Assembly (NCBI GenBank): GCA_963847625.1
Contig: CAWKAR010000024.1
Span: 1 to 64,000, forward strand
Source of the DNA: a candidate division FCPU426 bacterium
Lineage (GTDB): Bacteria; Oederibacteriota; Muellerivitia; Muellerivitales; Muellerivitaceae
Length of the DNA: 64,000 bases
Direction of reading: 5' to 3'
The notes beneath the pieces were generated by a model. The model had not been told where the DNA came from, ran no database searches, and saw nothing but the letters and a program-made list of their open reading frames with translations. Within the stretch, counting starts at the first letter, position 1. Each line of letters opens with the position of its first letter. Shown one piece after another: positions 39,404 through 47,545 of this stretch. Made by a program: the position numbers and the translations under genes.

Positions 39404-39474
39404 GGGATTAGGCCTTGAATACGGCATTTCGTATTAAATCTTTATACTAAAAGCCGTTTTCAAGACCTGACCCC
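39404..39474. repeat. REP-like hairpin (GGGRTHAGG...CCTGACCCC family), copy B
   Basis: GGGATTAGGCCTTGAATACGGC pairs with GCCGTTTTCAAGACCTGACCCC (18/22). Confidence 0.6.
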
Positions 39475-39541
39475 AAAGTTAATGGTCACGGTTAACACCC
39501 AGAGAAACATGAAGCTCGAAACGGAATCTAATAGACTCCGC

Positions 39542-42259
39542 CTAGAACAAAGCCATCTGTCCGCTAATTGCTTCAGGAAAATTTAGAGGGTCAGAGGCTT
39601 TTGGCGTAACGCCCTCAACCTTCGCTTTTTTCGCGACAGGTTTCATTTTCAACATACCATCCAAAAGGGCAAGTTTGTCCAAGATATCTTTTACTATGTC
39701 CTTGTCCAATTGGGGCCTATCATCCCCTTCGTGTGATGCCATGTTGAAATATTTCCAAATACCCGGCTGTAATAGATAGTCGAGATGTTCACAAAGGCCT
39801 GAATACTTCTCAATTTTCTTGGTTCTGATAAAAGAGTTCAAAGCGGCTATCAATCCATTCAAATCGTATTTACCCTCCGGATAGTAGCCAGGGACAGGCG
39901 TTCTTTGAATTTTCGACAACTTCCCCCACAATTCATACCCGATGCTCTCTAACGCTAGCCTTGCCGTTTTCATGGCATCAAATATTTTGCTTTTTCCATA
40001 TTCGGAAAAAGCGTTGTGGAGATTGTTCTTGGAATCTTTGTCCACCAATATTTTTCGGCATGTCTCATCCAAATTGAAATTGTAGGTCTGAACCAACGTT
40101 GGGAAATCCTCTTTGGATATTTTCCCTGCTAACTTGGTCGCAAAGTCATCATCGTGAGTGGTGATTATTATTTGCTTGGCCTGAAGGGGTTCGTAGTTGA
40201 ATAGAAGCTCCCGAATGCCCCCTCGATGTTCCGTGTCTATTGCGTTCACCACATCATCGAAGATTATTACCGGGCAGCTTTCCTTGATGTTCTTGGCTAT
40301 CAGGATTGCCAAACCAAGACAACGCAAATGACCCTCGCTCAGGACGCACAAGACGTTGTAACTCTTTGTAGGGTCATTGAAATACCTGATCTCGATTTTG
40401 TCCTCGGTGGATTTCGGGAGGGTGATTGATTCGGCTTTCTCATACGCTTTGTCCCGCTCGTTGATGTGGTTAAAGATATCACGTGTAACTTCGCTTAATT
40501 CTCCGACGTAATTGAGAGGTAAGCCTTCCATATACTTTTTCAGCTTTTCAACGATGCTTTCATAGCCGGCAAGCCAGAGCGTGTTTTTTGCGATTTTCTC
40601 TTTCTCTGCTTTCACCTCAGCTAGGGCCGTCGCATTATTCTTTTCGAATTCCTCCACCTCTTTCTGCCATTTGGCAATATGCGCTTCGAAACCGCTGATT
40701 AAGGTAGTTTCCCTCTGGTAATTTTCTTTGACTCCTTGGATTGTTCGCAGTTCTTCTTCCAGTGTCTTCCTAGCGTCTATTTGGGCTTGAATGGACTTAT
40801 TGAGAGCATCGAGGTATTCTTGGCCCTGATTAAGGATGGTTAGATTGGTAGCAAGCCCATTCTTCACTATCTGATATCGGTCACGAACCATCCTCATATT
40901 CTCTTTGTCTTTTTCCAAAGTTTCGGCTGCTGCGAAAGAAACGGCCTGTCTTCCTCCGGCGATTAACGCAGTGCTTAATAATGCGACACTCGTATCAAGA
41001 GCTACGACTAATTCGTATAGGGTGTTGTAAAGTGTCTCTGCTGTTGTTTCCATCAGGATAACTTCTTGGAGTTTTTCGAGCTTTGCTCGGGCGTTTTCGA
41101 ATGGATGGATGGTCACTTCAGAAATGGGAGTTTCACAAAGGGGGCAGGCTTTAAGCGAGGGGGTCTCAACCGCCAGCGCGGATTGGAAAAGGTCTTTGAA
41201 TTGGATCTCGGATTTTCGTGCGGCCAAATTTTCAAGGGTCGCGGTCAACGAATTATATGTTTCCTGTATCGAATCAACTTGAGCTTGGATTTCGGCAACG
41301 GTTTTAAATTTCAATAGACTTGGTGCCGATTGTTTCAGCTTCTCTTGAATCTCTTCAGCTTTGGTTTTCTGCCCTTCAGCTGCTTTCAAATAGGCTTGTT
41401 CGAACTCCTTGGCAGTTTGATAGCCGTTCGCCGTAATGATCCCTTGTATTGTTATCGCATGTGAATCGATCTGTGCTTTTTCCTCGGTAATACTGTTCCT
41501 TTTCATTGTGATGGCGATGCTCTTTTCAGCAAGGTCCTTTTCTTTGACGTTATCGATGTGGAAGTATTTGTCTGCCTTCTGCTTAAAATCATTCGCGAAT
41601 TTGTTAAATTCGTCGAGGCCGAAAAGGAAGGCCAACTGTTTTTCCATAGCTTTTTCGGTGTTGGCCGATATGCGGGCGAATTGGTCTATCCTGCTTTTTT
41701 CGATGAAGCAGAAGGCATATTTAGGATTTGGCGTCACCACGTCAGCCGAACCGCCGTCCTTGAAACCGTTAAGGATCGGGTCTACCTGTTGGTCGGTGAA
41801 ATGGTTCTTGATGTATTCCTTGATTTCGATGGTTTTGTCTATCGCGCCCTGGATATATCCGAGCATGGAATACTCAAGCGCCTCGAACATACTGGATTTT
41901 CCGGTTCCATTTGGTCCATAGATGAAGGTGTATTGCTTGCTGAGGTCAAACGTCTTCTTTTCGCTGAATCCTCTGAAGTGCTGCAATTCGAGTGATTTCA
42001 GCTTCTTGATTTCGACTGTTCCTTCCTGGCTCCCTGCGTCGAGGATCGTTATTTCGGAAGGGAGGGTTTCACCGTGCTGTTCGATAATGCCGTAGATATA
42101 TGAGCTCCTTTGGCCCTGCGCCGTGCCTTTATCCTTGATGTTGTCAAAATGGCGGATAAGGAGGTTGATAATTTTTTTCTCGTAAACCGAGAGCGTGTTT
42201 GCGTCCAATGAATTTACGAAACCGAGAAATTGTGTATATAGTTTTATATATTTCGGCAC
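39542..42259 (-). CDS. Zinc-hook ABC/SMC-type ATPase with HEPN-like C-terminal region (RloC-like architecture)
   Basis: HFRGF, Walker A GPNGTGKSS, coiled coils around CPLC, signature LSEG, Walker B IIFDD, H-loop ITTHD; tail with ARLALE and KYFNMASH. Confidence 0.75.
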   Translation of the reverse strand: MPKYIKLYTQFLGFVNSLDANTLSVYEKKIINLLIRHFDNIKDKGTAQGQRSSYIYGIIEQHGETLPSEITILDAGSQEGTVEIKKLKSLELQHFRGFSEKKTFDLSKQYTFIYGPNGTGKSSMFEALEYSMLGYIQGAIDKTIEIKEYIKNHFTDQQVDPILNGFKDGGSADVVTPNPKYAFCFIEKSRIDQFARISANTEKAMEKQLAFLFGLDEFNKFANDFKQKADKYFHIDNVKEKDLAEKSIAITMKRNSITEEKAQIDSHAITIQGIITANGYQTAKEFEQAYLKAAEGQKTKAEEIQEKLKQSAPSLLKFKTVAEIQAQVDSIQETYNSLTATLENLAARKSEIQFKDLFQSALAVETPSLKACPLCETPISEVTIHPFENARAKLEKLQEVILMETTAETLYNTLYELVVALDTSVALLSTALIAGGRQAVSFAAAETLEKDKENMRMVRDRYQIVKNGLATNLTILNQGQEYLDALNKSIQAQIDARKTLEEELRTIQGVKENYQRETTLISGFEAHIAKWQKEVEEFEKNNATALAEVKAEKEKIAKNTLWLAGYESIVEKLKKYMEGLPLNYVGELSEVTRDIFNHINERDKAYEKAESITLPKSTEDKIEIRYFNDPTKSYNVLCVLSEGHLRCLGLAILIAKNIKESCPVIIFDDVVNAIDTEHRGGIRELLFNYEPLQAKQIIITTHDDDFATKLAGKISKEDFPTLVQTYNFNLDETCRKILVDKDSKNNLHNAFSEYGKSKIFDAMKTARLALESIGYELWGKLSKIQRTPVPGYYPEGKYDLNGLIAALNSFIRTKKIEKYSGLCEHLDYLLQPGIWKYFNMASHEGDDRPQLDKDIVKDILDKLALLDGMLKMKPVAKKAKVEGVTPKASDPLNFPEAISGQMALF

Positions 42260-42829
42260 TGTCGCCTCCCGCGGCTTTTCATACCGGTATTTTGTGTTGA
42301 TATCTGTCTAATGGCTGATTGTGTTTTAAGGGCTCCTATTCGAAGAAGATTATTTCATATTTTTCTTAACAACGGAAATCCATAACTATCCCAGCCCGCC
42401 TTTATTTGGGGTAGGCTGGTTTCAGTAAGGCTTTCGTTTTTTTAAACAAGAAAGATTGCTGGATTTCTTAAATTTTGAGCCACGATCTCTAGGGGGTTAT
42501 GGGAGAGGGTCGAGGAATAACCTGAAAGAAGGCTTTTTTTATGGGAAAGTTCCCGGTTTTTGCTCTTCGATAGAGCCTGTGGTAAGGCTCTCGAATGCTT
42601 CGATGAACTCACCGCAAGACCAGTCAGGATAGGCCAGTAGGACTCCCGGGTTATAATTCCGCCCCATGCCAGAAGGCGGCACCGGAATGTGGGCGGGTTA
42701 TCTCCACAGATTTCTTATAAATCTGCACTGGCAATCATTGCCCTCGGCTTAAAGCCTCGGGCAGCCAGCCCATGCCCATTCGATACACTTCGTTTACTCA
42801 GGGCAGGCCGACGGTGTACCAAGTCAGGT

Positions 42830-43087
42830 GATTGTGCCATTGTGCCAGTCGATTGTGCCAATTGTGCCACTCGATATTTACCGGTTTGGCACAATCGCTC
42901 CGAAGTGGCACAATCCCCGAAAAGTGGCACAATCGGTCGAAATAAGCCGGTGTCAGGAAAACCGTGGTTTTATTGGTGTTTTTAATCCGTTTTAATAACC
43001 GTTTTTGATTGTGCCAACCGATTGTGCCATTGTGCCACTCGATTGTGCCAATTGTGCCACTTGGTTTTACCGGGTTTGGCACAATCT
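42830..43087. repeat. Array of 13 ATTGTGCC/GGCACAAT sites in two ~67-bp duplicated clusters around an AT-rich spacer
   Basis: 42830-42896 and 43020-43087 are near-identical; T-rich core at ~42967-43007. Confidence 0.85.
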
Positions 43088-43528
43088 GTTTAATGGGTTC
43101 GCCCAGCTCCGTTTAATGGGTTCCGCCTCGTTTAATGGGTTCGCGGTTTACTATACTGGGTTCGCAGGTTCCCGTAGTTCCCGAGTTCCCGGCCAGTTCT
43201 CGGGTTATCGGCTAGTTCTCGGGTTATCGGGTTATCGGCTAGTTCTCGGGTTATCGGCTAGTTCTCGGGTTATCGGGTTATCGGCTAGTTCTCGGGTTCC
43301 CGGGTTATCGGCCTAGTTCTCGGGTTATCGGGCTAGTTCTCGGGTTCACGGGTTATCGGCCTAGTTCTCGGGTTATCGGGTTATCGGCTTAGTTCTCGGG
43401 TTATCGGGTTATCGGGCTAGTTCTCGGGTTCACGGGTTATCGGCCTAGTTCTCGGGTTATCGGGTTATCGGCTAGTTCTCGGGTTATCGGGTTATCGGCT
43501 AGTTCTCGGGTTCCCGGATTATCGGCCA
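43088..43528. repeat. Degenerate tandem repeat tract (GTTTAATGGGTTC x3, then GGGTTATC / GGCTAGTTCTC units)
   Basis: Directly visible irregular tandem array, strongly G/T-biased on the + strand. Confidence 0.9.
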
Positions 43529-43634
43529 GCCTGCGGTGAGTGGTTCGAGAGCCTCACCATGGACGACCAACGGGAGTCGAATCCGTTCTCGGGTTATAGG
43601 CTCTTCGCAGGATTACCGCCCGGGTTTTCTAACC

Positions 43635-45485
43635 CTAGCAACAGCCGTAATCGGGCAGGTCATGGCTCTGGTGGGTGGAATCCTGGATTTCCTGGGGATG
43701 CTTCTTCTTGACCAGGATGAGGTACCAGCGGCGGAAGGATTCCCATAACACCACGACCGCGCAGGCCATCATGACGGCGGTCAAGGTCACGTTCAGGTAG
43801 GCGGAAAAGGCCTTCTCGGGTTGGGCCTGAACCAGGGGCAGGAAATTATTGAAGATGTTCTGCCAGGCGGCGGTGAGGGTGGTCGCGGCCACGAAAACCA
43901 TGGGGATGAAGGTGGCCCAGGCGTACCTGGCCCTGCCGGAATTGATGATGGCGCTGGTGGCTACGGCCAGGGCCACGCTGGCCAGAAGCTGGTTGGCGGT
44001 CCCGAACATGGGCCAGATGGTGGAGACGCTTCCCGCCAGGATCAGGTAGGCCCAAAAGCCGACCACCAGGCCCGTGCAGAGGACCGTCCCCGGAAGCCAT
44101 TGGGGGTTTTCCAAGGGTTTATAAATGCGCCCGCCGAATTCCTGCAGGAGGAACCGGCCGATGCGGGTTCCGGCGTCGATGGTGGTGAGGATAAACAGGG
44201 CCTCGAACATGATCATGAAGTGGTAGAAATAGTTCATGAGGCTTTCCAAGCCCGGCAGGCCGGAGAAGACCTGGGCGAAGCCCACGGCCAGGGAAACGGC
44301 CCCGCCGGGGCGGCCCGTCACGTTCTCGCCCACGGCCTGGCAGAGTTCCTGGAGCCTCACGGGGGTCAATCCCAAGGCCGCGAATTTTTCGGGCGCCAGG
44401 TTGATTGCGAAGTAATCGGCGGGGAAGAGGGAACAAGTGGCCAACAGCGCCACCACGCCCACCAGGCCCTCCACCAGCATGGCCCCGTAGCCGATCGTGC
44501 GCGCGTCCGATTCCTTATCGACCATCTTGGAGGTCGTGCCGGAGGACACCAGGGAGTGGAAGCCCGAGATGGCCCCGCAGGCGATGGTGATGAAGACGAA
44601 GGGGAACAGCTTGCCCGGAATGATGGGGCCCCCGCCCCCCACGTACTGGGTGAAAGCCGGCATTTTCAGGTCCGGGTGTACCAGGATGATTCCCACCACC
44701 AGGGCCGCGATGGTCCCCATCTTCATGTAGGAACTCAGGTATCCCATGGGGGTCATGAGCATCCAGACCGGCAGGACCGAGGCCAGGAACCCGTAGAGAG
44801 CCAGGGCCGCGATGACGCCGTTGGGCGACCAGGTCAAGAAGGGCGCGAAGGAAGAGTGGGCGACGAAGTTTCCGAAAACGACCGCCGAGATCATCACCAC
44901 GACGCCGAAGACGCTGATGCCCGCGATTTTCCCCACGCGCAACCGGAACATCCAGAAACCCACCACCAGGGCGGTCGCGATGGTCGCGCCGATGGAAAAG
45001 ACCCCCCAGGGGCTCCCCTTGAGCGCGTTCACCACCGCCATGCCCAGCCCCGCCAGGGCCACGATGACGATGATAAGGATGGCCACCGAGGCCACGGCCC
45101 CGGACAGGGGGCTGATCTCGTGGCGGGCGATTTCGGCCAGGGACCTGCCCTTTCGCCGGATGGAGGCGGACAGGATCATGAAGTCGTGCACGGCGCCCGC
45201 CAGGCAAACCCCGATCAACAGCCAGAGCAGGCCCGGGGCGAAGCCGAACTGGGCGGCCAGGACCGGCCCGATGAGGGGGCCCGAGCCCGCGATGTTGGCG
45301 AAGTGCTGGCCGAAGAGGACGAACTTGGGGATGGGCTTGTAGTTGTACCCGTCGTTCAAGGCGTGGGCGGGGGTCACGCGGGAATCGTCGAGGGCCACGA
45401 CTTTCGCCGCCAGGAAGGCGCTGTAGTATCGGTAAGCGACCACCATCACCAGCAAAGCGGTCAAGATGAGCGGAAGAACATTCAT
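43635..45485 (-). CDS. cstA: Carbon starvation protein A (peptide/pyruvate transporter)
   Basis: TPAH..NDG, FGQHFANIAGSGPLIGP, GAVHD, FITIACGAISGFHSLVSSGTT, FEALFILTTIDAGTR, IWPMFGTANQLLA. Confidence 0.95.
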   Translation of the reverse strand: MNVLPLILTALLVMVVAYRYYSAFLAAKVVALDDSRVTPAHALNDGYNYKPIPKFVLFGQHFANIAGSGPLIGPVLAAQFGFAPGLLWLLIGVCLAGAVHDFMILSASIRRKGRSLAEIARHEISPLSGAVASVAILIIVIVALAGLGMAVVNALKGSPWGVFSIGATIATALVVGFWMFRLRVGKIAGISVFGVVVMISAVVFGNFVAHSSFAPFLTWSPNGVIAALALYGFLASVLPVWMLMTPMGYLSSYMKMGTIAALVVGIILVHPDLKMPAFTQYVGGGGPIIPGKLFPFVFITIACGAISGFHSLVSSGTTSKMVDKESDARTIGYGAMLVEGLVGVVALLATCSLFPADYFAINLAPEKFAALGLTPVRLQELCQAVGENVTGRPGGAVSLAVGFAQVFSGLPGLESLMNYFYHFMIMFEALFILTTIDAGTRIGRFLLQEFGGRIYKPLENPQWLPGTVLCTGLVVGFWAYLILAGSVSTIWPMFGTANQLLASVALAVATSAIINSGRARYAWATFIPMVFVAATTLTAAWQNIFNNFLPLVQAQPEKAFSAYLNVTLTAVMMACAVVVLWESFRRWYLILVKKKHPQEIQDSTHQSHDLPDYGCC

Positions 45486-45571
45486 GGTTGGACCCCTCTC
45501 TATATAAGAAGGCTTAGATTTTATACCAATTCATCCAAGTGCGGGAGGGGGTCAATCTTTATTGGTTTTCT

Positions 45572-45819
45572 GTAGTGTCTCAGTTTGGGTGTCATTGCGA
45601 GGAAATGCCCGCCGAATAGGCGGGTGTTTATGACAGGCTTGAAGTAGTTGGCCTGAAATTCAGGCCAACCATACTTGGCCCAAAGGGCCAACGTACAACC
45701 TAAGTTTAAATAATGCCTAAAGCTTTATCCGGCAAAACCACCCATAAACTGTGGTTGCTTCGCTGCATAATTCGCAGCTCGCAATGACATCTAAATCAAA
45801 AACCAAAACGATACACTAC
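45572..45819. mobile_element. Nested MITE: outer TIRs enclosing a GTCATTGCGA...TCGCAATGAC REP-like element
   Basis: Outer GTAGTGTCTCAGTTTG / (rc) GTAGTGTATCGTTTTG; inner element 45591-45788. Confidence 0.6.
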
Positions 45820-45826
45820 CCGGTAT

Positions 45827-47104
45827 TCACGGTTTGACAGGGATGCCTTTGCGGTACTTCCGGTAAATAATAAACGCCCCCAATAAACAAAGAATCCCGC
45901 CGACTTGCATGGCTACCCCCGAATTGGTCCGGGAGGCCACGGTCCCCATCCAAAGGCTGCCGATGGGCATGCCGCCCCCGAAGACCAGGGCCCAAATGCC
46001 CATGATGCGGCCCCTCAAGTGGTCCGGGGAGTTGCTCTGGACCAGGCTGTTGCCGATGGAGAAAAACAGGATGATCCCGAATCCGGTGAAATAAATCAGG
46101 AACGCCGCCCCGATGGGATTGTGCTGGAAACCCAAAAGGAACACGAAAAAGCTGTAGAGGCCGATGCCGGTGTAGAGGGTGGAAAGCTTCACTAGTTTCG
46201 CCCCCAGGGTGGCCACCATTAAAGCGGCCGTACAGGCGCCCAACCCGTTCATGGCCAATATCCATCCGTAACCGTCCGCGCCCATGTGGAGCTGGTCCGG
46301 GACGAAGGCCGGCAATTGGGAAAGGTAGGCCCATCCGCCGAGGCTCATGACCGAAAGAAGAAGGAGAGTCCTGGCGATCGTGGGATTTTGCCTCATGTAT
46401 TTGAACCCCCCCGAGTAATATTTCCAATCGACCTTTGCCGTTTGGACATGGGTCGTGGCTGTCAGCCGGATATGGAAAAGGCTGTACAGCACCGCCAGGA
46501 AGCTCACGGCGTCCAACAGGAAACACCAGGCCGCGCCGCAGGAGCTCAAGAGGATTCCGCCGAGGGCGGGGCCGATGACGCGGGTGGAATTGACCATGGC
46601 GCTGTTCAGGGCGATGGCGTTGACCAGGTCTTTTTTCCCGACCAATTCCACCATGAGGGACTGGCGGGCGGGCATCTCGAAGGCGGTGGCCAAGCCCCAC
46701 ATAGCGACAAAAAGCATCAACAAACCCACATGGACGGAGCCGTTGAACAATAGGATGGCCAGGGTGAGGGACGCCAAGAGCGCCACGCAGGTGGTGACCT
46801 TGAAAATGGCCAGCTTGGGGAGGCGGTCCGCCAGGGAACCGGCGTAGATGGAAAAAAGCAGGACGGGAATGGAATTGAGCATGAATATCACGCCCAGGAT
46901 GAACTTGGACATGGTCAATTGGTAGGCCAGCCATCCCCAGGCCGCGCTGCGGGCCCAGGTCCCGGTAAGGGATACGGTCTGTCCCAAGTAAAAATAGCGG
47001 TAGTTACGGTTGCGGAGGGACGCGAAGGTCCTGCGCCACCCGGTGGGCGGCGGTAAATCCTCACCGATGGCATCCGTTAGGTTCTGGTTTTTATTTGGGA
47101 TCAA
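45827..47104 (-). CDS. MFS transporter (H+ antiporter-3 / MFS_3-like)
   Basis: LRNRNYRYFYLGQTVSLTGTW, GSLADR, PARQS, NAIALNS, RGRIMG; about 12 TMs. Confidence 0.9.
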   Translation of the reverse strand: MIPNKNQNLTDAIGEDLPPPTGWRRTFASLRNRNYRYFYLGQTVSLTGTWARSAAWGWLAYQLTMSKFILGVIFMLNSIPVLLFSIYAGSLADRLPKLAIFKVTTCVALLASLTLAILLFNGSVHVGLLMLFVAMWGLATAFEMPARQSLMVELVGKKDLVNAIALNSAMVNSTRVIGPALGGILLSSCGAAWCFLLDAVSFLAVLYSLFHIRLTATTHVQTAKVDWKYYSGGFKYMRQNPTIARTLLLLSVMSLGGWAYLSQLPAFVPDQLHMGADGYGWILAMNGLGACTAALMVATLGAKLVKLSTLYTGIGLYSFFVFLLGFQHNPIGAAFLIYFTGFGIILFFSIGNSLVQSNSPDHLRGRIMGIWALVFGGGMPIGSLWMGTVASRTNSGVAMQVGGILCLLGAFIIYRKYRKGIPVKP

Positions 47105-47272
47105 GGTTCCCTGTATTTTTTGGACGTCAAATCCGCCTGGAACGAGTCGACGGTTTGATTTATATGCGGCTCTCCCACATTTAAACGGTTTAGGCTGGGA
47201 ATATCAAATAGAACATTTCTTGTTTTAACTCAACTGAGGATGGACAGTTTATGAACAGCGAAAAACCGATTC

Positions 47273-47525
47273 TTAGCCACGCGCCAATCTTCCATGAAGC
47301 TTATAAAGAGATTGGTACAGTACCGATCTCAAATATTTTTATGGAGGATCGGCACGGATTCAGGGGATGCATTTAGATTGGGCTAAGAAAAAAGGCTTTA
47401 CATATTTGTGTTTGTTAAATCCCATTTATCCCATGCATGCCAGCCTTCCATAAATCTAATAAGGTGGCTGGTATCGTACCGATTTCATTAACTGTTTTAC
47501 TGTGAATCGGCACATCCGTGGCTAA
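47273..47525. repeat. Palindromic intergenic element TTAGCCAC...GTGGCTAA with nested inserts
   Basis: Related to 49331-49440 (5' arm) and 56995-57150 (insert-free version). Confidence 0.7.
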
Positions 47526-47545
47526 AGATCATTTTGGAACTTTGA

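Noticed and set aside
42880..43087. Sigma54 promoters from TGGCAC matches
   Set aside because: The -12 TTGC element is absent at the required spacing
42689..43316. Short ORFs with WHN/CAIVP/GYRLVL repeats
   Set aside because: Translations of the DNA repeats in several frames; no RBS and no consistent frame
43088..43528. Possible CRISPR array
   Set aside because: No unique spacers, irregular short units and no cas genes in the window
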